From IMG/VR virus record IMGVR_UViG_3300037200_000146, positions 1 through 44,305 of that record: a DNA stretch of 44,305 bases; one strand, given 5' to 3'. A program made the position numbers and the translations under genes. The notes under the pieces were generated by a model, which worked only from the letters and a program-made list of their open reading frames with translations, did no database searches and had not been told where the DNA came from. This DNA is from a virus. Below are positions 7,024-14,669 of the stretch, in pieces. How positions within the stretch are numbered: the stretch's first letter is position 1; the number at the start of each line of letters is the position of its first letter.

Positions 7024-7981
7024 GAGGCGGAGTTGTTTTCCTATTTTTCAACATGTAAGAACAAAAAGAATCGACTTTATCGATGGGTAAATCGTGAAGG
7101 GAATCGATGCTTAAATATTGTTTAATGCTTGCGTGGATATCATTTTTATTCCAGTTGGCCTCGTTGGCCGTTCCATAAATCTTTTGAAGCTGTTTGTAAT
7201 CAAGCCTTTTCTTTTCCTCTAAGGGCTCAAGGAAATCATTAATGGGAGGTGGTTCATTGGGGGGTGGTTCATTGGAGGGTGGAGGGTCTAAGGAAGTGGT
7301 AGTGGGGTATGTGACGGAAGTCGAGACTGAAGATATCTCCGTTTGCGGGGATGTAGGCGAAGCTGAAGGAGGTATTAGGTTTTTTTTTGGATCTTCCTCT
7401 GGAGGAGGGGTGACGTCTTTTACATCTGGCATTTCTTCTTTAACATATAGACCGCTTAAATGTTGTGGAAAGGCTTTACGAAGGGCAAGGGCTTCGGCGA
7501 CCTTTGCTAACATGAGGGCTGGTTTCTCATGCCACATTTTTGTAAGTTCGCCTGTTTGTTTTCGTAGAGCGTATTCATTGAAATGAGCTACGGCCCAGAG
7601 AGGCTCTTTAAAATCCGAACGAAGAATGCCAACTTTAGCGGCTTCAGGCGTGGCATCTCCTTTCCAAAAATCAGACCATTTACCATCCATTCCGCACCAA
7701 AGAGGGCCGAGTTGTCCTGCATATTTTCCGCTGCGTTCTGCAACAAGCCGCTGGCCATCGATTGATATTTGAGGGGTCATTTTTGCAACTTTTTGTTTTA
7801 ATTCTGGATCATAATCCCAGCGTTTTATGCAATAGATTTGACGAAGGAAGGGATCAAGCCCGGTTACTTCGCAAATGTGGAGGAATAACTTTAATTCATC
7901 GTCCGTGGCACCCTTGGCAATTTGGCGCTTGATCAAAGATATTTGTTCAAGTGGCAGGCCTGATTTGGCTATTTCATTCAT
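7016..7981 (-). CDS. recT: RecT/Bet-family single-strand annealing recombinase with a Pro-rich C-terminal tail
   Basis: Contains DDELKLFLHICEVTGLDPFLRQIY, ISIDGQRLVAERSG and KPALMLAKVAEALALRKAFP. Confidence 0.85.
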   Translation of the reverse strand: MNEIAKSGLPLEQISLIKRQIAKGATDDELKLFLHICEVTGLDPFLRQIYCIKRWDYDPELKQKVAKMTPQISIDGQRLVAERSGKYAGQLGPLWCGMDGKWSDFWKGDATPEAAKVGILRSDFKEPLWAVAHFNEYALRKQTGELTKMWHEKPALMLAKVAEALALRKAFPQHLSGLYVKEEMPDVKDVTPPPEEDPKKNLIPPSASPTSPQTEISSVSTSVTYPTTTSLDPPPSNEPPPNEPPPINDFLEPLEEKKRLDYKQLQKIYGTANEANWNKNDIHASIKQYLSIDSLHDLPIDKVDSFCSYMLKNRKTTPPHG

Positions 7982-8023
7982 TCTACTTACCTAGGCATGA
8001 GTAACAAAATATGTCAACGGATT

Positions 8024-8051
8024 TTGTCATAACAGATTTTCTTGTATTAAG
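8024..8051 (+). promoter_or_regulatory. Candidate sigma70-type promoter for the rightward arm
   Basis: TTGTCA (8024..8029), then a 15-16 nt spacer, then TG-T-ATTAAG / TATTAA (8043..8051). Confidence 0.3.
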
Positions 8052-8059
8052 TGCCATTT

Positions 8060-8780
8060 TCCTTTTCAATTCTTGCCCCGAGCAGAGCAGAGGGTACGAG
8101 AGGGTACTTCCCTATATGAGAAGTAGGTTGTTTTAAACGAGGCGACAAGCTCTTTGATGTCGGGCTTTAACCGACTTATGCCGTAACCCCCTTGCGCGAG
8201 GATGGTCTGGTTCCAGAGGCCCCCTATGGCGTGTTACCCAGATGTAACGGTCATTGCTGTCTCTCTTGCCCGTCGCTTTCGCTTTCGGTCTTCGAGTAAT
8301 AGTTGTGGCCCAGCCTTTCAAATGGGGAGACCCCCCCAATAGGCTTGCTTCTGCGCGTTTTTGGTTACGGTGCCCGCGTGCCATGCCAATAAGGCATTCT
8401 ATTTGCGGCTCTTCCCAGCATCGGCTATTTTCGAATTGATTTTTGACACCGACTTAGGTATCTTGGATCTATTCGAACTTGCATTCAAATACCCTAAGGC
8501 CTCGATTCGGAGTTGTAAAGACCCGGATCGGGGCTTTTCGGTATTTATTTTCCATGCTAGTCAAAAGATTCCTATAGCGGCGTGGAATAAGCTGTGGCTC
8601 CTCGGTTCTTGAAGACCGCAGAGGACTAGAAGGGTTAGGAGATGTCGAAAGACTGAGAATAGTCCCGGCCACTGGAGACACGCATGGAGAAGGAGCTACA
8701 CATCCATTTCACCGAACTGTAAGCTTAAGGTGAAATAGCCGGGGTAGCGCCCGGCCTATAGGAACTTTAATGCCCTTTTT
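8060..8780 (+). ncRNA. Candidate large structured non-coding RNA (class unknown)
   Basis: About 720 nt with no convincing ORF and visibly more G+C than the flanks. Local hairpins include gtcgg-gctttaa-ccgac (8159..8175), gttac-ccagat-gtaac (8232..8247), ttcacc...ggtgaa (8708..8733) and gccggg-gtagcg-cccggc (8739..8756). It lies directly upstream of a tRNA. Strand is inferred from context only. Confidence 0.3.
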
Positions 8781-8784
8781 TTGA

Positions 8785-8875
8785 TGAGGAGTACCCGAGT
8801 TGGTAGCAGGGACCGGACTGTTAATCCGGTGGAGTGAAATATCTCCCGCCGCACGTTCGAGTCGTGCCTCCTCAG
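8785..8875 (+). tRNA. Type II (long variable arm) tRNA; hand-folded anticodon is GUU
   Basis: Acceptor tgaggag/ctcctca (7 bp). D arm is ccc-gagttggtagca-ggg. Anticodon stem ccgga/tccgg with loop CTGTTAA. Variable arm ggag-tgaaatat-ctcc. T arm gcacg-TTCGAGT-cgtgc. Discriminator is G and no CCA is encoded. Confidence 0.75.
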
Positions 8876-8921
8876 ATTCCCTAGTTTTTAGTTATAGCGA
8901 GTTTAGGGTAAATTATCCCAA

Positions 8922-9290
8922 ATGCCTTATACTTTGGAATTCGAGATCCCAGGCCTGCCAAAGCTTATTAATGCCCAATCCAGAGGCCACTGGGCCGTTG
9001 GATGGCGAGAGGCTAAGAAATGGAAGTTCGCTGTTCGCATGTTCGCACGACCTAATCGCCCCGAGATCCCTTTAAAAAGGGCACGGATAACTCTTACGAG
9101 ATTTTCGTGCTCAAAGTCCGGTCCTGACGTAGATAACCTCGCGGGCTCTTGGAAACATGTGCAGGACGGCCTAAAAGACGCTGGGATCATCGAGGACGAC
9201 TCACCCGCGCATATTGAGGCCATTTACGAATGGAGGCCTTGTGGGCGCGGCCAGGGCCGGATAAGGGTAAAAATTGAGGAGATAAATTGA
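8922..9290 (+). CDS. rusA: RusA-family Holliday junction resolvase
   Basis: Contains PDVDNLAGSWKHVQDGLKDAGIIEDDSPAHI, followed by GRIRVKIEE. Confidence 0.8.
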   Translation: MPYTLEFEIPGLPKLINAQSRGHWAVGWREAKKWKFAVRMFARPNRPEIPLKRARITLTRFSCSKSGPDVDNLAGSWKHVQDGLKDAGIIEDDSPAHIEAIYEWRPCGRGQGRIRVKIEEIN

Positions 9291-9568
9291 TGTTTGCAGG
9301 CCCCGACGTTATTTGTTGCGTGACGGGTAGCCCAGGCGGCGACATTCACCATTTACTGACCCGTAAGTCACATCCTGAGTTTAAAGACAAAAGTTGGAAT
9401 CAAATACCATTAAGCCATTCTCTTCACGTCATGATTCACGCAAAAGGCCTAAATTATATGGCCAGAAACTTTCCCTCCATTGAAACCTGGTTAATCGAAA
9501 ATGGTTGGGAACGAGATGAATTTAAGAAAAAATGGTTTCATCCGGCCGCCGTGCAGCGTGATAATTAA
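9287..9568 (+). CDS. Small Cys/His-motif protein, possibly His-Me finger/HNH-like
   Basis: Contains CCVTGSPGGDIHHLL...WNQIPLSHSLHVMIHAKG. Confidence 0.35.
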   Translation: MMFAGPDVICCVTGSPGGDIHHLLTRKSHPEFKDKSWNQIPLSHSLHVMIHAKGLNYMARNFPSIETWLIENGWERDEFKKKWFHPAAVQRDN

Positions 9569-9614
9569 GAATATTCTTGTAAACTGCGGGCAAATTTTGT
9601 AATCACTATATGGC

Positions 9615-9812
9615 ATGAAGACTAAATCCTTAATTGATCAAGCACTAAAATCAAAGAAAATTCATCGTACTGGCCATAGAGTTACGGCAGACGTATGGGA
9701 AACTCTTATGGCTCTATCTGAAACAACGGGGCTTTCGGTTAATGAGATCATCAATACCGCGGTTTTGGACCTAATTGCTAAAGAATCCTATCGCTTAAAA
9801 GAAGCCGCATAG
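9615..9812 (+). CDS. Small DNA-binding-like protein (possible ribbon-helix-helix)
   Basis: 65-aa ORF; the segment LSETTGLSVNEIINTAVLDLIAKE is RHH-like. Confidence 0.35.
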   Translation: MKTKSLIDQALKSKKIHRTGHRVTADVWETLMALSETTGLSVNEIINTAVLDLIAKESYRLKEAA

Positions 9813-9837
9813 CAACACATTTTGTTGTCGTTTCTTG

Positions 9838-9867
9838 TTGACAAGCCACATCAATTACTCCTATGGC
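9838..9867 (+). promoter_or_regulatory. Candidate promoter
   Basis: TTGACA (9838..9843), a 17-18 nt spacer, then a weak -10 (ctatggc), upstream of the ATG at 9875. Confidence 0.25.
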
Positions 9868-9874
9868 TTAAGGT

Positions 9875-10045
9875 ATGAATGAGGCGACTAAAGAACAAAC
9901 GGTAGTTTCCCAGCTAAGCGAGGTCATAGAGCTAATTGAATCTGGAGCCATCGCCGATGCTCTTTACCTTCTAAAAGACCTCAAAATGAGATTTGAAATG
10001 AAGGATAGGATAGTGGGTTGTGGAGGGGGGGATTCCGCAGCATGA
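9875..10045 (+). CDS. Hypothetical 56-aa protein (below the ORF-track cutoff)
   Basis: ATG 9875 after AAGG. Reads MNEATKEQTVVSQLSEVIELIESG.... The stop TGA overlaps the next ATG as ATGA. Confidence 0.45.
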   Translation: MNEATKEQTVVSQLSEVIELIESGAIADALYLLKDLKMRFEMKDRIVGCGGGDSAA

Positions 10046-10290
10046 AAGACCGTATCGATGAAATTTACGCGAAAATCTTGAAGCTCCAAAAAGATGTTCT
10101 AGGAATTAGAATCGATCTACCTGTCACGGCCAAAGAGAGTCAAAGCGCCCTTCGTTACATGGAACAGTATTTATCAAATGCTCTTGATCATGGGGTTAGC
10201 GCTTGTCGACATATCGAGCAGGAGGCCCCGCAGTTATTGGCCCTAGGTCATGATGAAACGGTCGTATTGAGTAATGACACCATTTTCTAA
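10042..10290 (+). CDS. Hypothetical protein
   Basis: Start taken at MKDRIDEIYAKIL (ATG 10042). The track ORF starts at 10018 on an alternative start codon. Confidence 0.5.
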   Translation: MKDRIDEIYAKILKLQKDVLGIRIDLPVTAKESQSALRYMEQYLSNALDHGVSACRHIEQEAPQLLALGHDETVVLSNDTIF

Positions 10291-10359
10291 ATTTATTATC
10301 AGCACAGCCCTTTTAGGAATACAGCTAGCGTGGTTGTATTATATTTGTACTCATTAATT

Positions 10360-10734
10360 ATGAAATTAAGCAGCGAAGCCCTTAAAGGGCAACAACGATA
10401 TGGTTCCAGTGCTCTTTGGGATGAAGCATTTGATGAGATACGAGAAAGATTAATAAAGATTGGAACTCCTGTTATAGACGAAGTAAATGATTATATGTTT
10501 AACGTTCCAAGAGCCGAAATCGAATTAAGAAAACAAGCTCCTGTTCCTGAATTTGATGCAACGTTGTCTTCCAACGATACAAACTTAGAAGACATGATCG
10601 AGATAAAGGTAAATGGATTTTATGAAATGAAACAGACACTCCCACATTGTGAATGTGGAGCAGCGGCTTGCGGATTTAAAGATGCGGGTCCGAGTCACTA
10701 CAGCTATTGCCCGTTATATAGAAATGCAGATTAA
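10360..10734 (+). CDS. Hypothetical protein with a C-terminal Cys cluster
   Basis: Start taken at MKLSSEALKG. The C-terminal region PHCECGAAACGF...YCPLY has a zinc-binding look. Confidence 0.5.
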   Translation: MKLSSEALKGQQRYGSSALWDEAFDEIRERLIKIGTPVIDEVNDYMFNVPRAEIELRKQAPVPEFDATLSSNDTNLEDMIEIKVNGFYEMKQTLPHCECGAAACGFKDAGPSHYSYCPLYRNAD

Positions 10735-10883
10735 GCCCCTAAGTAAGCAATCCTAGCCGCAAGATAATCAGCCCACGCGGATTCTCTGAGTCTTAAATAA
10801 TAGGGGTGAGTGTTATCCATTTTAGACCAACGAAGGTAGCATTCAATCCAGATTTGTTTTCGTTCCTCAAGACTTAAACTCAT
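10731..10883 (-). CDS. Hypothetical 50-aa protein (below the ORF-track cutoff)
   Basis: ATG at 10883 in an ATGA overlap with the stop of 10880..11068. Reads MSLSLEERKQIWIECYLRWSKMDNTHPYYLRLRESAWADYLAARIAYLGA. Confidence 0.45.
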   Translation of the reverse strand: MSLSLEERKQIWIECYLRWSKMDNTHPYYLRLRESAWADYLAARIAYLGA

Positions 10884-11068
10884 GCAGTAGCCTCGGCTTC
10901 CTCATTAACAAAAAGTCTTTCTTGTTTCTCGGTGATTCGCACAATGGCATCATCAAAATCACAGAAACTTAGGCATGCTCTTTTAACCCAAGAAAGAATT
11001 TCTTCGTCCTCAAGGCCCGGTTCGGTTAAAATCAAAAGCTCTAATCGAACAGCTTTTTTTAGTGCCAT
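10880..11068 (-). CDS. Hypothetical protein
   Basis: 62-aa ORF, in reverse orientation within the rightward arm. Confidence 0.45.
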   Translation of the reverse strand: MALKKAVRLELLILTEPGLEDEEILSWVKRACLSFCDFDDAIVRITEKQERLFVNEEAEATA

Positions 11069-11179
11069 AGATTTAGTTTACAGGGTTTTTGTCTTTTAAT
11101 GGGCTTGCGCACTGCGCGTCGTCTCTTTTTTCTATCGGGAGAATTGTCTGAACATTCTAGCATAAGACCAACGCCACTT

Positions 11180-11416
11180 TTACGTTTCATGGATTTCCTC
11201 ATCTTGAAAATCAATCTTTAAACATTTCCAGGCGTTTATAGGTATCTGAATCGAGCCGCCTTCATCTAAATCAATCCACAATTCAGACCAACACGCCGAG
11301 AAATCCCTATGCCAATGAACAAAATCGCCGTCCTTAAAGAATTTAAGGCGACGTTGTTTCCCCGTTTTATCGACGTAGCGCCTCACTCGAATTTTGGTAG
11401 TCGCCATTGTTCCCAC
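11180..11416 (-). CDS. Hypothetical protein
   Basis: 78-aa ORF; the start could be the internal MATTKIRV. Confidence 0.45.
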   Translation of the reverse strand: MGTMATTKIRVRRYVDKTGKQRRLKFFKDGDFVHWHRDFSACWSELWIDLDEGGSIQIPINAWKCLKIDFQDEEIHET

Positions 11417-11645
11417 ACAGAGAATCGGTCAAAAGTTTGAATTCTGTTTCCGAATACGGCCGCAAATCCCTGGATAGGCTCACTTAAGAGCCATAATTTC
11501 TGTTGTGCATAGCCGCATGGCAACACCCTCCCGACGCAGGACTTCCAATTCCGCCAGCGCGCCAACTATATTCGTTGCAGGGGACTCTATGTTACGATAA
11601 TCAGACAATTACGTCTTTCTGATTAAAGCAGAATGGACCTTGTAA

Positions 11646-11685
11646 AGAGCATCGAGGTCGCAACCCTTGATGCTCTTTTTTTTTC
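11646..11685 (+). terminator. Rho-independent terminator
   Basis: agagcatcgagg-tcgcaa-cccttgatgctct followed by a run of 9 T. Confidence 0.6.
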
Positions 11686-11801
11686 TAATTTTTTAATTCG
11701 AACCTTTATTTACCAACTTGTATTTCCCTCGACCCACGTTTTTAAGCACTCATACCAGTATGCGGGTAAATTAATTGGACGGAATATCTAAATTTTGACG
11801 A

Positions 11802-12509
11802 TTAAAGCTTATAACTTGGAACCGCAATCGCGCCCGATCCTAGTGATAGCCATTCATACCCAATAAGCGTTCCGTTAAAGGTAAAATTAGCCGTGCAGTT
11901 TGAAAGAAGGCCACTTATCCCAAGACTTGAATAAAGCCCAAATCCAGAGCCTGCAACAATTATCCCGCCATTTACATTGCCTGAGACATCCCAAGAAAAG
12001 GTTCCTGGGTTATAGCTAGCAGTTCCTAAATCACCTAGATTCACATTGTTTAGAGTTCCATTCATCACGCCAATGAACATGGATGTCGCGCTCATTAAGT
12101 TTAAGTTACTTATGGTTCCAGCCATTGAACTAAACATCACAGAATTTAAGTTTGAAATCGTGTATCCTGCTCCGTCTAATTGACCACTAAAGACGGCTAT
12201 TGAGGAAAGGCCATTGGCATTGATATTGCTTGTTAATTCATAATAAGCTTCGGGAAAGTCTGAGATATGAGAAAGGTCGGTGACACTTGATATTAGGTAT
12301 GGAGAACTACTTAGTCCTGACCCTCCTTGGAATGTGTATGATGACGGCGTGGGCACTACTACAGGATTAGAAGCATCCGGAGTTGATGCGGGTTCAAGAG
12401 CTGGAACGGCAGTGCTTTCACTTGCCAATCCACCACCGGCTGACTCACATCCGGCTAGCAGACTTAGCCCAATAAAAATACTGCAAACATTTGTGGTCTT
12501 GTTGTTCAT
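11802..12509 (-). CDS. Lipoprotein, surface-protein-like (moron-like, reverse orientation)
   Basis: MNNKTTNVCSIFIGLSLLAGC carries the lipobox LAG|C. The segment GSGLSSSPYLISSVTDLSHI...YELTSNINANG...FSGQLDGAGYTISNL is GLUG-like. Confidence 0.6.
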   Translation of the reverse strand: MNNKTTNVCSIFIGLSLLAGCESAGGGLASESTAVPALEPASTPDASNPVVVPTPSSYTFQGGSGLSSSPYLISSVTDLSHISDFPEAYYELTSNINANGLSSIAVFSGQLDGAGYTISNLNSVMFSSMAGTISNLNLMSATSMFIGVMNGTLNNVNLGDLGTASYNPGTFSWDVSGNVNGGIIVAGSGFGLYSSLGISGLLSNCTANFTFNGTLIGYEWLSLGSGAIAVPSYKL

Positions 12510-12620
12510 GCTCCTATTATAACACATTGCGTTAGAAAGTGGGTAATAAACGATGGCTGTAAGCTAGCGAAACTTGGGGTCATTTCATCGCACCGCGACG
12601 GGTATTTCTTGCCGGTATAT

Positions 12621-12648
12621 TTTACAATGGGATAGGGGCACGTATAAA
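12621..12648 (+). promoter_or_regulatory. Candidate sigma70-type promoter upstream of the methyltransferase/packaging operon
   Basis: TTTACA, a 16-nt spacer, then TATAAA(T). It is followed by GGGGGAGGG and the TTG start at 12668. Confidence 0.4.
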
Positions 12649-12667
12649 TGGTGCAGGGGGAGGGCTT

Positions 12668-12850
12668 TTGCTAGAAAAGCTTGGGTTATCGTTTACAGCC
12701 ATTTTTAACAGTGCAAGAACCACGGTCGATGGTGGATGGAGAATAACCTTTGATCTCTCAAACACCGATTCAGACAAAATTTCCGAAATCGCTGCCCTTC
12801 AACATCAACTTTTACAAATAGCTATTATCCCAATTGGTGATTCTGAGTGA
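12668..12850 (+). CDS. Hypothetical protein
   Basis: TTG start after a strong SD. The stop overlaps the methyltransferase GTG start. Confidence 0.45.
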   Translation: MLEKLGLSFTAIFNSARTTVDGGWRITFDLSNTDSDKISEIAALQHQLLQIAIIPIGDSE

Positions 12851-14337
12851 TTCATCACGGCTGTTGTCTTGATATTCTAAAAACCCTCCAAGAAAATTCA
12901 GTCGATTCTGTAATTACAGACCCGCCTTATGGCCTAAGCTTTATGGGGAAGAAATGGGATTATGACGTTCCTTCAATCGATATTTGGCGAGAGGCTCTTA
13001 GGGTTCTTAAGCCTGGTGGGCATCTACTTAGCTTTGGTGGGACTAGGACGTATCATCGGATGGCTGTGGCTGTCGAAGACGCGGGATTCGAAATAAGAGA
13101 TCAAATTCAATGGCTGTATGGTTCGGGTTTTCCTAAATCGCATAATCTCAAAGATGAGTGGCAAGGATGGGGATCGGCTTTAAAGCCAGCGAATGAGCCT
13201 ATATGTCTCGCGCGAAAGCCTTTATCTGAAAAGACCTTGGCTTTGAATGTGCAGAGATGGGGGACGGGGGGATTGAACATTGATGCGAGTAGAGTTGAGG
13301 CTGCTGACCAAGCCACTTTAGACGCCGCAGTGAAGCGAATGGCCGGCAACGAAGTGACTGGGTGGGTGACGTCTGGTTCTAAATCGGTACAACCAAAGTC
13401 GGCCCAAGGCCGCTTCCCCGCTAATCTAATCCTAGATGAGCAGACATCTCTTATGCTCGATGAGCAGAGCGGTCAGTCTCGCGGAGACTCGCGATTAAAG
13501 AAAATTCATGTAGGGGCGGCGGGGAACGGAAATACTCATGGTCATATGTCCCCAGCGCAAAATGGTAGCCCCTGCTACTCCGATTCAGGCGGCGCAAGCA
13601 GGTTTTTTCTACGCGTAAAATATGATAATGCTGAATTATGTGGAAACGAGAATATAAAGGCCGCCGTTATGTCTGTTGGAAGGAAAACGGTAAACAGAAA
13701 AGACAACTTGAACATCGATGGGTCTATGCGCAAGCCAATGGACCAATTCCAGATGGGCACCATATCCATCACAGAGATGGGAACTCACTCAATAATGAGC
13801 TTTCCAATCTTGAATGCCTCCACAAAGATATTCACTGGGACTTGCACAATCGAGACCGCGAGGACCATAGAAAAATCTTTGGTAGAGAATGTCGAAGGTG
13901 TCAGCGTTGTCAGCGATACAGAAGTCTTGCTTCATTTACCAAACGAAAAGCAGGAACGTATCACGGGTATTGTAAACCTTGCGTTAGAGAGTATCTCAGT
14001 GAGTGGCGAGATAAAAACCGTGAACATTGGAACTCATATCACCGAGAGTACCGGAGCAAGTAGATTCCTATATTGTGCGAAGGCCAGTAAATCAGAACGC
14101 AATGGCTCAACGCATCCAACCATGAAACCCATAAAGCTCATGACCTATCTTTGCCGCCTTATCACCCCGCCTAAAGGAATTATTTTGGACCCATTTATGG
14201 GAAGCGGTTCCACAGGAGTTGCGGCTAAGAACCTAGGCTTTGAATTCATCGGCATTGAGCGTGAAGCTGAATATGTAGAAATCGCTAAGCGTAGAATCAT
14301 GAAAATAACACAAGATTACAGCGAAAGACTGTTATGA
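12847..14337 (+). CDS. Beta-class DNA methyltransferase (N6-adenine likely) interrupted by a 154-codon in-frame insertion
   Basis: Motif IV is SVITDPPYG. Also present are HPTMKPIKLMTYL and motif I ILDPFMGSGSTGVAA near the C-terminus. GASRF occurs twice (13591.. and 14053..), flanking non-methyltransferase-like sequence. Confidence 0.85.
   Translation: MIHHGCCLDILKTLQENSVDSVITDPPYGLSFMGKKWDYDVPSIDIWREALRVLKPGGHLLSFGGTRTYHRMAVAVEDAGFEIRDQIQWLYGSGFPKSHNLKDEWQGWGSALKPANEPICLARKPLSEKTLALNVQRWGTGGLNIDASRVEAADQATLDAAVKRMAGNEVTGWVTSGSKSVQPKSAQGRFPANLILDEQTSLMLDEQSGQSRGDSRLKKIHVGAAGNGNTHGHMSPAQNGSPCYSDSGGASRFFLRVKYDNAELCGNENIKAAVMSVGRKTVNRKDNLNIDGSMRKPMDQFQMGTISITEMGTHSIMSFPILNASTKIFTGTCTIETARTIEKSLVENVEGVSVVSDTEVLLHLPNEKQERITGIVNLALESISVSGEIKTVNIGTHITESTGASRFLYCAKASKSERNGSTHPTMKPIKLMTYLCRLITPPKGIILDPFMGSGSTGVAAKNLGFEFIGIEREAEYVEIAKRRIMKITQDYSERLL
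13606..14067 (+). mobile_element. 462-nt insertion in the methyltransferase carrying an out-of-frame HNH gene (boundaries approximate)
   Basis: The GASRF duplication is offset by exactly 462 nt. The copies differ only synonymously (ggc gca agc agg ttt versus gga gca agt aga ttc). Confidence 0.6.
13638..14063 (+). CDS. HNH homing endonuclease overprinted on the methyltransferase ORF in a different frame
   Basis: EHRWVYAQANGPIPDGHHIHHRDGNSLNNELSNLECLHKDIHWDLH is an HNH_3 pattern, followed by a CRRCQRC...CKPC Cys cluster. (13638-12847) mod 3 = 2. Confidence 0.8.
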   Translation: MWKREYKGRRYVCWKENGKQKRQLEHRWVYAQANGPIPDGHHIHHRDGNSLNNELSNLECLHKDIHWDLHNRDREDHRKIFGRECRRCQRCQRYRSLASFTKRKAGTYHGYCKPCVREYLSEWRDKNREHWNSYHREYRSK

Positions 14338-14669
14338 CATTTAAAGTTGGAGATCCAAGGCCTCCAAATGCTGGAAAGAAAAAAGGGAGCAAAAGTAAAA
14401 AGTCACTTCTTGTAAAAGAGATTCTTGATAGCCACGGCATAAATTTAATTGAGAAAATAAACCAAAAAATTCCTCTATTGGCGGCCGATGAACAAGTTAA
14501 AACTTACATTGCCCTGCTCCCATACGTTTATCCAAAGCTCACCGCAATAGATCATTCAGGAACAATAACAACCAACCAATCGGGCTCTATCCAAGTTAGA
14601 TTATCGGAAGATGAACTAAAGGCCGAACTAAACGAAAACCTTAAAAAATTAAAGATGCTAGATGAATGA
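14334..14669 (+). CDS. Putative small terminase subunit (DUF5681-like N-terminus)
   Basis: Contains FKVGDPRPPNAGKKKGSKSK. It lies immediately upstream of, and overlaps, the large terminase. Confidence 0.45.
   Translation: MTFKVGDPRPPNAGKKKGSKSKKSLLVKEILDSHGINLIEKINQKIPLLAADEQVKTYIALLPYVYPKLTAIDHSGTITTNQSGSIQVRLSEDELKAELNENLKKLKMLDE

Noticed and set aside
7982-8023. A TTGACA on the minus strand (8017..8012), considered as the RecT operon promoter
   Set aside because: No acceptable -10 element lies at 16-19 nt spacing before the RecT start, so it was not reported as a feature.
8133-8681. Four mutually overlapping ORFs on both strands (8133..8384, 8254..8439, 8361..8612, 8469..8681)
   Set aside because: Their translations are Arg/Pro/Ser-rich junk with no motifs and no ribosome-binding context. 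The region is better explained as non-coding or structured RNA.
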